Source: an uncultured Methanosarcinales archaeon
GTDB taxonomy: Archaea > Halobacteriota > Methanosarcinia > Methanotrichales > Methanotrichaceae
NCBI GenBank assembly: GCA_963843555.1
Contig: CAWJKV010000016.1
Coordinates: forward strand, 32,001-96,000
Direction of reading: 5' to 3'
Length of the DNA stretch: 64,000 bases
Shown here: in pieces, positions 1-11,728 of the stretch
Layout of the letters: the number at the start of each line of letters is the position of its first letter
How positions within the stretch are numbered: the first letter of the stretch is position 1
Translations under genes and position numbers: made by a program
Notes under the pieces: model-generated
Database searches by the model: none
What the model saw: only the letters and a program-made list of their open reading frames with translations
What the model was told of the DNA's origin: nothing

Positions 1-334
1 GAACTTCGCCCACAAGTTCACCTTCCCGCCCCCTGGCAAGACCTCGGGCGAGGTGCATGACCGGCTCTGCCAGAAGTATGCCGGAAAGCCTGTGGTCACC
101 ATCGGCTACGGCCCGGACTTTGCCGTGCTGCGCAGTCGCGCTGTCAGGATGAATATCCCCCAAATGGTCAAGGAGCTCATGGAGGAGATTCCCAATGGCG
201 GCGTCTCCGGCGGAGGCCACCTGGTCGTCGGGTCGATCAAGTTCGTGGGCGGAATGCGAAAAGATGTGCTGGCGAAGCTCGCCGAGAAGATTGCCGCCTG
301 CGGAGTGGATGAGGTTCCCGTTAAAGCGGGCTGA
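1..334 (+). CDS. Archaeal RecJ-like DHH-family exonuclease, C-terminal part (5' truncated by window edge)
   Basis: C-terminal DHHA1-like motif GGVSGGGHLVVGSIKFV; frame is open from the window start. Confidence 0.7.
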   Translation, partial: NFAHKFTFPPPGKTSGEVHDRLCQKYAGKPVVTIGYGPDFAVLRSRAVRMNIPQMVKELMEEIPNGGVSGGGHLVVGSIKFVGGMRKDVLAKLAEKIAACGVDEVPVKAG

Positions 335-444
335 GACGACTGGATAATAAATCTCTGTCGTCTTCTCTTTTAACTCACAACAAAATTTTAAATATTAAAT
401 GTGGAGCATAATTGATTAAAGACTAATTGGAGGTGAGAATCTCT

Positions 445-534
445 ATGGCCATGAAATTCAAACTGATTGGCCTGTTGCTGGCAGCAATGGCAACGACCAC
501 AACAGTTCTTGCCGTAGTTGTAGTCAAGAGATAA
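445..534 (+). CDS. Putative 29-aa membrane peptide MAMKFKLIGLLLAAMATTTTVLAVVVVKR (not in ORF track)
   Basis: GGAGGTGA ribosome-binding site just upstream of ATG, AT-rich promoter-like region before it, single hydrophobic segment. Confidence 0.5.
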   Translation: MAMKFKLIGLLLAAMATTTTVLAVVVVKR

Positions 535-581
535 GCCGCTGAAAGATAAATTACCTGATGATCTGGAAAACAGGCATTCTA

Positions 582-791
582 TCAATCGGTCGCAATCATC
601 ACATTGGTGGCTTTTATTACTACATAGACATCTTTTCCCTCTGACAGACCCAGGGTTTCGGCTGAGGTCCTGGTGATTACTGAGACTATTGTGTCGCCTC
701 CGGGCAACCGGACGGCGACTTCAGTGCTAACCGGACCCGTGACAATGCCGTGTATTGTTCCTTTCAGGATATTGCGCGCGCTGATCTTCAT
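582..791 (-). CDS. TOBE-domain molybdate/tungstate-binding protein (Mop/molbindin)
   Basis: MKISARNILKG...SVIT..SAETLGL..GKDVYVVIKATNVMIA, classic Mop signature. Confidence 0.9.
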   Translation of the reverse strand: MKISARNILKGTIHGIVTGPVSTEVAVRLPGGDTIVSVITRTSAETLGLSEGKDVYVVIKATNVMIATD

Positions 792-928
792 AGCTATGGC
801 CTCTCAATTTATGTAAGAATGCATATATGTAAGAATGCATAATACAAGAATGTATGCGATGATTTGCAGGGATAAATGCCCGAGGATCTCCAACTGCAAA
901 ATTCTCGCCGGAATAGATGTGCCAGGCT

Positions 929-1584
929 TTACATCTGCACTTTATCCGGAGAAGTTGTGCCGGCTTTCAGGAGGCCCAGGAGCATCTCTACATTCTTCTG
1001 AAAATCATCCAGGCTGCCGTCATTTACAAGCTTCATGTCCGCGGCTTTTATGGCTTCACACATGCCCCATCCCATCTCCCGGCATTCCCGCTGCTCGATA
1101 GCAGCTGCCGCAATGGCTGTCCGGCTCAAAACAGGAGGAGATGATCTTGGCATCCTCATCTGTACCCCATGCAATCGTTTGCCGTGCCCTTGCCCGGATC
1201 GTCGGGACGGCCCCGCGCAGCCAGCCATCTCATTCGCGCTGTCCACTGGTGCGCGAGACCTCTACCAGATGAAACTCATCGGCATGATTGCGAAAGAAGT
1301 CCGCTTCAACCCTTGAGCGCAGACCATCTACCACTACCACATCCTTTCCCGTGGCCATGATGCTCTCCAATGTCCTTTTGGCAATAGCATCAGGGCCCTC
1401 ATGTGGCCCGCAGGGCATTGCCGATGCGCCCCAAATTCTGGTCGGTAGGCTCCAGGTTCTGTCTGGCTGCTTCCTGGCGGATGACGTCTCCCATGACCAC
1501 CACCGCAAGACCATGACGCCTGGCAATCTGCGAGGCTTCCCCTTTGCCTGAGCCCGGCAGGCCCACAAAACCGATGATCTTCAT
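929..1584 (-). CDS. P-loop nucleoside monophosphate kinase / dephospho-CoA kinase-like protein (UPF0200 type), frameshifted
   Basis: IIGFVGLPGSGKG Walker A, MGDVIR, VVVDGLRS..E, ADMKLVNDGSLDDF spread over three frames. Confidence 0.8.
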
Positions 1585-1624
1585 CTTTATTCACCGATTC
1601 CTGTCATACAGCGCATTTGATTAT

Positions 1625-2467
1625 CTAGTTTTTCCAGGTTATCTTGGGAGCGGCTCGAATCCGAACCATCAGTTGGATCCCTGTCCCGATCTCGCAAGCT
1701 TTGGCCATCTCCTGCAAGGCCTCTAGTCGAGACCGGCTCAAATCTGGGCTCCCCCTCTCGCGCCAATCCCTGTTGCAGTATCAGGCTTTCCAGGCGATTT
1801 TCCGGATACTTGCCAGCACTTCAGCAGAGCATCGCGGCAATCTTCTACCAACTGGGAGCAGGATGGCATCTCTGGAAAGATGGTGCTGCTTCGTCCAGTG
1901 CCACTCCCCATTTGCAGCAGATCTCAAGGCTCTCCCGCACCCGCGCGGCCACTGCCGCTCTGCCGGTAGCCTTTTCGTAATCCGGCTCCAGAAGAGCTGT
2001 CTTGAGATCGAGGAATACCTTATCCACCAGATCCTTTTGCCAGCAAGCGTCTCCAGCCGGCCGGGAAAGCAGCCCGAGGTCTCCAGGCCCGTGGCCAGAT
2101 GCAGGCTTCTGGCCAGACGAAAGAGTCTGGCTACAGGCCTCCAGTCTGGTGCAGCGGCTCGCCTCCGGATAGTACAAAGGCATCGACGAAGGGCTTGCTG
2201 CTTGCCCGCTGTGATGCATCATCAAGGTTGATCTGGGAGTGGAGAGATGTGCCGGGATCCCGGCAGCCAATCGCTACCCCTTTGACCTCAGATACAATGC
2301 GAGACGCGATAACATGAAGATGCGACAATGCTTTCTCCCGTCTGTAGCTTCTGGTTGTGGCAGTGGGGACAGCGCAGAGGGCAGCCTCGCAAGAAGACCA
2401 CCAGAGCGGCTCGTCCCAGCCAGTCCACCGTGGATAGAGGAACAATCCCGCCGAAGTTGACCTTCAA
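1625..2467 (-). CDS. Anaerobic ribonucleotide reductase activating protein-like radical SAM enzyme, frameshifted
   Basis: [15 protein letters not shown]...[16 protein letters not shown] (CxxxCxxC), [14 protein letters not shown] motifs in successive frames. Confidence 0.8.
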
Positions 2468-2493
2468 CCTTTCCTCATTTTCCCCGGGAAAGA

Positions 2494-3758
2494 TCAAGTA
2501 TTTATCGGCCTTCCGGCAATCCTGGCCAGCCTCTCTTTCAGCTCCAGACTCGTCTGATGCTGCCTTTTCCTCTAATGAGGCCAGATCTTTTTTGGCTTGA
2601 TCCAAGGCCGCCTCCAGGCTCCTCATGCTTTTTCTGGCCTGGCTCATCTCCTCTTTCAGACGCACGGCCTCCCGGCTGCTTTCCGTGAGCTGCTGATCGA
2701 AGATCTCTGATCTCTCCTTCCAGAGCTTGCATGCCTGGCCCTGGCATTTTCCAGCGATCTTCTCTTGATGAGCAGATCGATATGATCGAGAATCTTTTCC
2801 TTCTTTTTGTCCTTCAATCCAAGTGCTGCCAGATGGGTCCGAAGCTCCTCTAGAGAGCCGGCAATATCTTTGTCCGAAACCAGGGAGGGTGACGATAAGA
2901 GCTGCTCAAAGACGTTTTTATGCTGCAGATTGATTCTATCGCTTGATCCTTGCTTCATAATTCTGGCCAGCGCCTTGGTCAGAGGTGCAATAAGATCAAT
3001 CAGTTCATCTTCCGCCAGAGATTGATCTTGCTTCTTTTTCTCCAGATTCTCTTCAGATCTTCCGCCTTTTTCCCTTCATCGCTTGCCGCCAGCCTTTTCG
3101 CTTCCTCTTCCAGACCGGATAACTGGGATTTTATCCCGGACAGCGTCTCTTCATTTTGCTGTATGTTCTTTTTCAGGTCATCGATGCCGGATAGCTCTTC
3201 CTGCAGCCTTGCCGCAAGCTCTCTGGAGTACCAGCTCTCCTCTTGCACCTTTCTTTTCTTGCCGATCTCTCTCTCCAGATCGACCAGGAGACGGCTGATC
3301 TGTGTCAGGTCGGAGTTGATGCTCTCGATGTTTCTGGGAAAGAGTGCGGCAACATACCTCTGCGCTCTGCCGAAGGTGGTCACCGTCCTCTCCAGCCCTT
3401 TGACGAGAGCCCAATGATGCTGAAAAGCAGAATCGAGATCCTTTTTCTGGGAGGCATCAGCTTCTCGGACAGCGTTTCAAGCTGCTTTGACGACCTCGCC
3501 GCGCGCCGCCAAGCCCTGCCCGCAGAAGCTTGGGCGGCGTGGCATCCATCCGCGCTCGGCCGATACCAGGGCCGATATGTCTTTAGAGAGGGCCTTGGCC
3601 ACATCTTCGATGCGGCCATAGATCTCTCGGCAAGCGCATTGCAAATCCGGATTCCTTCCCTCTCTCCTCCAGCCAGGAATTAATTTCGTTGAGAGCTGCA
3701 GGCTAACGGCCTCTTCCCCGGGCTTTTTTCCCTCAAAAATATTCTTGAGCCACTTCAA
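2494..3758 (-). CDS. Hypothetical coiled-coil protein, frameshifted (end approximate)
   Basis: Chain of E/K/L-rich ORF fragments at 3477-3758, 3000-3383, 2656-2958 and 2288-2665. Confidence 0.55.
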
Positions 3759-3794
3759 GGCTGTCTCTCCTGATCCACGGGACTCTCCTCTTTT

Positions 3795-5925
3795 TTAAGC
3801 TGAGAGATGACTTTCTCGGCAATCTTGGGACCGAGGAGGCGGGCGACCTCGATCTGGATCGGCTGCCTTCAGCTTTTCTATGCTGGTTATGCCCGACAAA
3901 TAGAGCTTCCTGGCCCGGACGCGGCCTATTCCCTTCAGGTTAAGCAGGGCAAGAAGATCCTGGCCGGCACCGTAGTGAATGCGCTCTGCCAGTTGCTCTG
4001 CTTTGAAGGTTATGCCCAGTTCAAGATGCTTGGACAGTTCCGCTAAGGAGTGCATGAGCCATTCTGCCGTCTCAGCCGAGCGGCGGATGTCTCCCGGTCC
4101 GATGTGGTATCTGCTCGCAATCTGCTCCTCATGCACCTCGCCGATCCAGTCCATGAGCATAGCCGAGGTCTTGGCCTCGCGGAGCAGATAGTCGTAGTTG
4201 TCCTCATCATATAGCTCCAACTGATGCTGATCGATGAACTCCTCCACCCATACGTCCGCGGCCTGGATATAGAGCAGATTCATATCCGGAGTCATGGTTA
4301 TGAGGTGAATGAGGCCGAGATCGGAGGGTCTTTTTCTCGGCCTGGCCCGGTCTCTTGCGCTCATGAATGTCAATACTATCATTTCCCTTCTTATCCTCCA
4401 GGTTTTCCAGCATGATGACGGCGCTCAAGAGGATCGATGTAGAGCTTGGAGACCAGAGAGCCGAGCCTGGTTGGCAGGAGATCGCCCTCATCGCTGCCCT
4501 GGATCATGCCGTTATCCGTCAGAAAGTCAAGGACCTTCTCCAGAGTGACATCCAGATGCCAGGGATCCTGCTGCTGGGCATAAAATGTGGTGGCGATGAA
4601 GTCTTTTAGCTCCGGCTCATTTTTGGCGAAACCGGCGGCAGATGTGGAGAGCAGATGGGTGCGAAGAGCGCTCTCGCTGGCCAGCTTCGACCAGATCTCT
4701 TCCGGGGTGCCGTTGATGTAGTGCTCCATCAGATCCTGCATCTCGGAGTCATTCTTGGCCATCAGAAAGGATTCGCCATAAGGATCGAGCCCCGGCCGTC
4801 CGGCGCGCCCTGCCATCTGGCGGTACTCGATGACGGGAATGGGCATCATGCCCGAGCCGTACTCATATCGTCTGTAGCTCTTGATGAGCACTCTTCGGGC
4901 AGGCAGGTTCAGGCCCGCGGCCAGGGTGGGAGTGCTGGCTATGACCTTGATCTTGTTGTCCCGGAAGCCCTGCTCCACCAGCCTCCGCTGCTCTGACAAG
5001 AGGCCGGCGTGGTGAAAGGCTATGCCGCGGGAGACGCAGGAGGCCAGGCGGTGGCAGGTCTCGCTCTCGCCTGTGGCCAGAATGCTCTCCGAAAGTGCCG
5101 CGGTCGCCGCATCAGCCGGGATCAGGTCGCAGAGCTTCGTGGCGGCAGCTTCGGCATTTTTGCGGGAGTTCTCGAAGATGAGGATCTGGGCTGCCTGGGA
5201 GAGAGTATCCTTGACCAGAGCCAGGGCTTCATCCTTCTTGGCCTCCAGCGCCGTCTCGCCATCGGAGAAGACCAGCTTTCCATTGCAGATGATGCCCTCT
5301 CGCAGGCTTATGGGCCGCCAGTCGCTGCTTACCAGCTCCGCATCCAGCCAGGCGGCGAGCTCTTTGGCATTGGCCACGGTGGCGGATAGGCCGATGACCT
5401 GCAAATCGGGATTGCAGTGGCGCAGCTTGGTGATGGTCATCTCCAGAGTGGGGCCGCGGCCCACATCATTGAGCAGATGAATCTCATCGACCACCAGAAC
5501 GCTCAGGTCTCGCACCCAGGAGGCACCGTTTCTCATAAGCGAGTCGGCCTTCTCGGAGGTGGCGATTATTATCTGATTCTTGCCCAGGCGCTCGTCTCTC
5601 TTGTCGAAGTCGCCGGTGCTGATGCCGACAGAGACGCCCAGAGCCCTGAACTTTTTAAAAGAATCGTACTTCTCTGTGGCCAGGGCGCGCAGAGGAACGA
5701 TGTAAAGGGAACGCGGCCTTGCAGGGCAGCTTTGAGCATGGCCAGCTCTGCCAGGAGGGTCTTGCCGGAGGCGGTGGGCATGGCCAGCAGCATGCTCTTG
5801 CCATCCAGCAGGCCCCTTTCCAGCGCCTCGGCCTGGGGCGGATAGAGCTCTTTATAGCCACGCTCTTCGTAAAGCTTGATGGCCTCCGGGGAGAGCCAGC
5901 GGGATAAATCTTTTATCTCCAGCAT
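3795..5925 (-). CDS. hel308: Ski2-like ATP-dependent DNA helicase Hel308, frameshifted
   Basis: [53 protein letters not shown] motifs and C-terminal Hh[12 protein letters not shown]. Confidence 0.92.
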
Positions 5926-6141
5926 CGATCTCCTAGAAACTCAATCTTGTCCTTTAATCTTGTCTTCAATTTTGTCTTCAATCTTGAATTGGATAAATTC
6001 TGATCTCTTATCTTAAATCAACCGGGCTCCTCTAATCTTAAATACTACGTGAAAGTAGTACCTGCGGGATAACATCCTCTATAGGAACCAAAAAAAGAAT
6101 GACCGTCATCATATAAATGCATCTTCCATGGAGAGAAACTA

Positions 6142-7293
6142 ATGTATGCCGATCGGATAAAGAATCTCCCGCCGTATCTCTTTGCCGCCATCGATAAAGC
6201 AAAGCAGGAAGCAAGGGCAAGAGGCGTGGATGTAATTGACCTGAGCGTGGGCGATCCCGATTTGCCGACGCCTGAGCACATCGTCAAGGCCCTGAGGGAG
6301 GCGGCCAGGGACCCGTCCAATCACCAGTATCCTTCCTATGAGGGCAAGCTGACCTTTCGGACGGCGGTAGCGGACTGGTACAAGAGGACATTCAACGTCG
6401 ACCTGGATCCCGAAGAAGGAGGTGCTCACTCTGATCGGCTCCAAGGAGGGCATTGCTCATGCGCCCCTGGCCTTCATCAATCCCGGAGACGCGGCCTTGG
6501 TGCCCGATCCCGCCTATCCGGTTTACCGGACGGCCACCGCCTTTGCCGGAGGCGAGCCTGTGATCATGCCGCTTCTCCGGGAGAACAAGTTCCTGCCTGA
6601 CCTGGATGCCATTCCGGCCAGCGTGGCCCGCCGGGCCAAGATCATGTTTCTCAACTACCCCAACAATCCCATCGGCGCCTCGGCAGACAGGAGCTTCTTC
6701 CGGAAAGTGATCGACTTCGCCAGGGACTACGATATCATCGTCATGCACGACAATCCCTACTCTGAGATCTACTACGATGGCCAAAGGTCGCTCAGCCTTC
6801 TGGAGATGGATGGGGCGAGGGATGTGGCAGTGGAGTTTCATTCGCTCTCCAAGACCTACAACATGACCGGCTGGAGGATCGGCTCGGTGGTCGGCAACGC
6901 GAGGTCGTGGCCGGAATCGGCAAGATCAAGAGCAACATCGACTCCGGCACCTTTGGGGCGGTGCAGGATGCCGGAATTGTGGCCCTGCAGAGCCCGAAGG
7001 AGGTTGTGGACGATATCCGCAAGATCTACCAGCACCGAATTGAGATTCTCTACCAGGCCCTGCAGGATCTGGGCCTGCATCTGGAAAAGCCGCGGGCGAC
7101 GCTCTACCTCTGGGCCTGGGTGGGAGGAAGCTCCATCGAGTACGCAGGCAGGCTCTTGGAAAAGACGGGCATCGTGGCCACGCCCGGTGTGGGCTTCGGA
7201 AAGTACGGCGAGGGCTACATCAGATTCTCCATCACCCAGCCGACGGCGCGGATAGAAGAGGCTGTGGTGCGGCTGGAGAAGATGGGCAAGTGA
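6142..7293 (+). CDS. dapL: LL-diaminopimelate aminotransferase (class I/II PLP enzyme), frameshifted
   Basis: [54 protein letters not shown]. Confidence 0.88.
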
Positions 7294-7331
7294 TAGATTT
7301 GGGTCCGCTCAAAATTCGGAGGGAGTTCAAA

Positions 7332-10189
7332 TTGCTGGAAAGTTATTCTGCAAAGGAGATCGAGGCCAAGTGGCAGAAGACCTGGGAGGAGATAGCGGTC
7401 TTCCAGCCCGAGCCAGACGAGCGCCAGAAGTTCTTCTTAACCATACCTTACCCTTATCTCAATGGAAATTTGCATGCCGGCCATACGCGCACTTTCACCA
7501 TTGGCGATGCCGTGGCTCGCTACCGGCGCATGCGCGGAGAGAATGTTCTCTTTCCCATGGCTTTTCACGCCACGGGAACGCCAATCGTCGGTCTCTCCGA
7601 ACTCATCGCCCAAAAGGACCCACTCATCTGGGAAGTTTACACCAAGCTGCACGGCATTCCTGAGGAGGAGCTGTCCGAGCTCAACACGCCGGAGAAGATC
7701 GTGCTCTACTTCCGCCGCCAGGCCAAGGCGGCCATGCAGTGCATCGGCTACTCCATCGATTGGAGGCGGGAGTTCACCACCACCGATCCCGCTTACAGCA
7801 AGTTCATCGAGTGGCAGTACGGCATTCTGCGGCGTCTGGATTATGTGGTCAAGGGCAGCCATCCCGTGCGCTGGTGCCCGCATGACCGGAATCCGGTGGA
7901 GGATCACGACATTCTCAAGGGCGAGGATGCCACCATCATGGACTTTTCCCTGATCAAGTTCCGAATGGGCGATACCATCCTGCCCTGCGCCACTCTGCGG
8001 CCGGAGACGGTCTTTGGAGTGGTCAACCTCTGGCTCAACCCGGATGTGACTTATGTCCTGGCCAGAGTGAACGATGAGACCTGGGTCGTCTCCAAGGAGG
8101 CATACGAGAAGCTGACCTTCACCGACCGGCAAGTGGCCTTTGGATCGGAGATCTCCGGGAAGGAGCTGATCGGCAAGACGGTCACGAATCCGCTCACAGG
8201 CACTGAGGTTCTCATTCTGCCCGCCGCTTTCGTGGACCCGGACAACGGCTCGGGGATCGTCATGTCCGTTCCGGCTCATGCGCCTTACGATTATCTGGCG
8301 CTGAAGGATCTGTACGACAAAGATCTATCCGAGTATGGCATCACTGCGGACCTGCGCGAGATCAAGTTCATCTCTCTGATCGAGTCGCCCGGATATGGAG
8401 AGTTTCCGGCGGTGGAAGCTGTAAACGAGCTGAAGGTGATGGACCAGAACGATCCCAAGGCAGAGGAGGCCACCAAGATCGTCTACCGGCGCGAGTTTCA
8501 TAACGGCGTTCTCAAGGCCAACACCGGCCGCTACGCCGGAATGGCCGTCTCCAAGATCAAGGATGTCCTGCTGGCCGACCTGATTGAGAAGGGCATCGCC
8601 GAGATCTTCTACGAGTTCTCAGAGAAGCCTGTCATCTGCCGCTGCGGCACGAGATGCGTCATCATGCTGGTGCGGGACCAGTGGTTCCTGGAGTACTCCG
8701 ATACCGAGTGGAAGGCCAATGTGCTCCGCTGCCTGGCAGAGATGCGCATCATCCCGCCGGAGTTCCGGGTGGAGTTCGAGAACAAGATCGACTGGCTGAA
8801 GGACAAGGCCTGCGCCCGGCGGAAGGGTCTGGGCACTCATCTGCCCTGGGATAAGGAGTGGCTCATCGAGTCTCTGGGAGACAGCACCATCTACATGGCC
8901 TACTACATTCTGGCCAAGTACGTGAACGCGGGCATGAAGATCGACAATCTGCCGCCTGAGTTCTTCGAGTACATATTCATGAATAACGGAGACGCCTGCC
9001 GCTGTGGCGGCGCCAGACGGGCCTGCCGCAGCAGACGGTGCAGCAGATCCACGACGACTTCGCCTACTGGTATCCTGTAGACCTGCGCACCTCGGGCAAG
9101 GATCTCGTCGCAAATCACCTGCTCTTCTTCCTCTACCATCACGTGGCCATATTCCCAGAAAGGCTCTGGCCCAAAGCCATTGCCGTGAACGGATTCGTCT
9201 CTCTGGAGGGCCAGAAGATGTCCAAGTCCAAGGGGCCGTTGCTCACGCTGCGCCAGGCCGTGGCCGAGAACGGGGCGGATGTGACGCGGCTGTATATCCT
9301 GGGCAATGCCGAGGGAACGGCGGATGTGGACTGGAGAAACGACGGAGTCGAGTCCACTCACGCCCATATGGAGAGGTTCTACAATCTGGCCAGGGAGATT
9401 CTGGCAGACAACAGTATCGATGAGAAGGCGGAGAAGACGCTGATCGATCGCTGGATGCTCTCCCGGTTGCAGAGGCGCATCGCAGGAGGCCACGACTGCC
9501 ATGGAGAACATCCAGACGCGGCGGGCGCTGCAGAGTGCCTTCTACCTGCTCTTCAACGATCTGCGCTGGTATCAGCGGCGGGGAGGCAAGAACCAGCTGC
9601 GTGCGGTCCTCTCGGCCTGGGTGCGGATGATGTCGCCCTTCACGCCGCATGTCTGCGAGGAGCTGTGGGCGGCGGGGTTGGGCGAGGGCTATGCATCGCT
9701 GGCTGACTGGCCGGTCGCGGATGAGACGCTCATCGACGAGAAGGCAGAGAAGGCCGAGGACCTCCTGGAGCGCACTCTGAACGATGTGCAGGAGATCGTG
9801 AATGTCACCAAGGCCAAGCCCGGCAAGATCACGCTCTACACCACGCCTGCCTGGAAGCGGGAGATGCTGCGGCTCGCCGTTGAGGCGGCAGCGGGCGGCA
9901 AGCTGGACATGGGCGCGCTCATGAAGGAGGCCATGGCCTCGCCCGCTATTGCGGAGCACAAGAAGGATGCGCCCAAGTATGCCCAGAAGCTGGCCAAGGC
10001 GGCCCACTCGCTCTCCGCGGAGGCGCTGGGGCTGGACGAGTTCGAGACGCTTGACACGGGAGAAGGCTGTACCTGCAGGCGGCGCTGGGCGTGCCGGTGG
10101 AGGTCTACTCGGCGGACGAGGCGGGAGAGGACCCCAAGGGCAAGAGCAAGCAGGCGGAACCGGGGAGGCCGGCGATATATATTGAATAG
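7332..10189 (+). CDS. leuS: Leucine--tRNA ligase (archaeal type), frameshifted
   Basis: PYPYLNGNLHAGH (HIGH), ATLRPET editing domain, KMSKSKG, C-terminal AEPGRPAIYIE. Confidence 0.96.
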
Positions 10190-10238
10190 GACTGCTCTGT
10201 TGATACCGGAATGAAATCAATCCATAGACGAGAAAGAG

Positions 10239-10541
10239 TTGAGGGCAATGAAGGGGGAAAAGCCATTCGCCTTGATTATCAGCAGAGGAGCCAACAAATC
10301 CCTGGATAAATTAGGAACAAGGACCGCGAAGAAGGTAATAGAAGCCCTGCGAGAGATTCAAAAGGATCCATTTAGGTCGCGATCAGGCGCTGACATAATG
10401 AAGATTAGAGGGAGAAAGGAACCACCGGCTTATAGACTGAAGTTTGGCCAGATACGAATTGAGTATGTCGTCTATGAGGAGGAGTCTTTGATCCAAGTGG
10501 TGCAGATCTTCAAGAGAAAGGGCGACTCCGATTACAGGTGA
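10239..10541 (+). CDS. RelE/ParE-family toxin
   Basis: ~100 aa basic protein, A.KSLDKL....KKVIEALREIQKDP, YRLKFGQIRIEYVV. Confidence 0.8.
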   Translation: MRAMKGEKPFALIISRGANKSLDKLGTRTAKKVIEALREIQKDPFRSRSGADIMKIRGRKEPPAYRLKFGQIRIEYVVYEEESLIQVVQIFKRKGDSDYR

Positions 10542-10578
10542 AACCATAAATAGTAGCGGATTTAATTAGAGGTTAACG

Positions 10579-10755
10579 ATGAAAAGCGAATTGCTGCCTG
10601 CAAAAAATGAGCCTTTCACAGAGGAGGAACTTGCGGATCTGGAAGAAGGCGAGGAGTCGGAATGCTCCGATCCACTGTGGGAAAGCGCCAGGAAGCACAG
10701 GAAGGAAGCCATAAGCCTGGAGGAGTACTGCCGCAAGCGAGGAATTGATATCTAG
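10579..10755 (+). CDS. Putative acidic antitoxin, 58 aa (not in ORF track)
   Basis: GAGGT RBS; MKSELLPAKNEPFTEEELADLEEGEESECSDPLWESARKHRKEAISLEEYCRKRGIDI with the ISLEEY tail typical of RelE partners; lies next to the toxin. Confidence 0.65.
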   Translation: MKSELLPAKNEPFTEEELADLEEGEESECSDPLWESARKHRKEAISLEEYCRKRGIDI

Positions 10756-10779
10756 GCGACTCCAGCGTGCAGGAACAGA

Positions 10780-10978
10780 CTGGCCAAGGCGGATCTACTC
10801 ACCCTCTGCGGAGGCGCTGGGGCTGGACGAGTTCGAGACGCTTGTCGAGGGAGAAGGCTTACCTGGCGGCGGCCTGGGCGTGCCTGTGGAAGTCTTTTCG
10901 GCGGACGAGGCTGGGGAGGACCCCAAGGGCAAGAGCCGACAGGCGGAACCGGGGAGGCCGGCGATTTATATCGAGTGA
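10780..10978 (+). repeat. Diverged duplicate of the leuS 3' end (first copy 9990-10189)
   Basis: Direct alignment of about 200 bp; encodes SAEALGLDEFETL...DPKGKSRQAEPGRPAIYIE*. Confidence 0.95.
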
Positions 10979-11501
10979 AGCCTCCTGTTCCTTTTTTTCA
11001 ATGTAGATATCAAAGGAGTCCGCTTACGCACCTTTTCAATTGGTTTGCAGCTTGGCCGCCGTCGCTCGGCCGGGCCGCGACCATAAGCCTCGCCCCTCAC
11101 CACAGCGCTGGAGGGCCGCAGGCCGAACTCGCGGCACCCCAGAAGATGTGCGAACATTGTCCCGGCAAGCATCAGATAGATCCCATCTGCATTAAATGAC
11201 CTCTAATTTGTCGCAAAAAAATTATCCCACAACTTCTTCCCGGGTTCCGCGCGGTGAAACGCGCTGGGGTGACGGGGCCCACTCCAGGCCGTGGCGGCCC
11301 CCCTAACCCCGCGTCCGCGGGGAACAATCAATGAAGCTCTGCCCTTCAGGTTTGGACGTTTTTGAGAAGGTCCCAGGCAGAGTGCCCTATCCGAACGGCT
11401 CACATGCCGTTATTGATGGAGAACGAAATAGATGCTCTGAGCGTCGAAGTATCTGGGGCACAGACATAGGCGCATACCAATGGGAGTGTGCAAGCGATGA
11501 T

Positions 11502-11728
11502 TCAAATGGGACTCTCGTCGAGCATTTCGACTTCCAGGATTTCTCCCTCATCGGTCACAATTAGCCTGAACTTCTTGCCTTCTTCTTCGAATAGATCCTG
11601 GACAAGGCAGATGACCACCCAGCGTTCAGCGTCTCTTTTTGCAGAAACCGTCTCAAAGATGAATTTGGTTAAGGTCTTGGTGTCCTGGAAATATCTTTTG
11701 CGGCGATTGTGGCTTCTCTGGCGTCCAT
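11502..11728 (-). CDS. Small hypothetical protein (~75 aa), one homopolymer frameshift
   Basis: Restoring one A gives MDAREATIAAKRYFQDTKTLTKFIFETVSAKRDAERWVVICLVQDLFEEEGKKFRLIVTDEGEILEVEMLDESPI. Confidence 0.5.

Noticed and set aside
5940..5990. CAATCTTGTCTT-like tandem repeat upstream of hel308
   Set aside because: Short and degenerate, consistent with slippage; no functional evidence
7332..10189. Programmed frameshifting or split genes in leuS (likewise hel308, polB, thrS)
   Set aside because: Shifts are numerous and irregular across unrelated genes; sequencing indels are the simpler explanation
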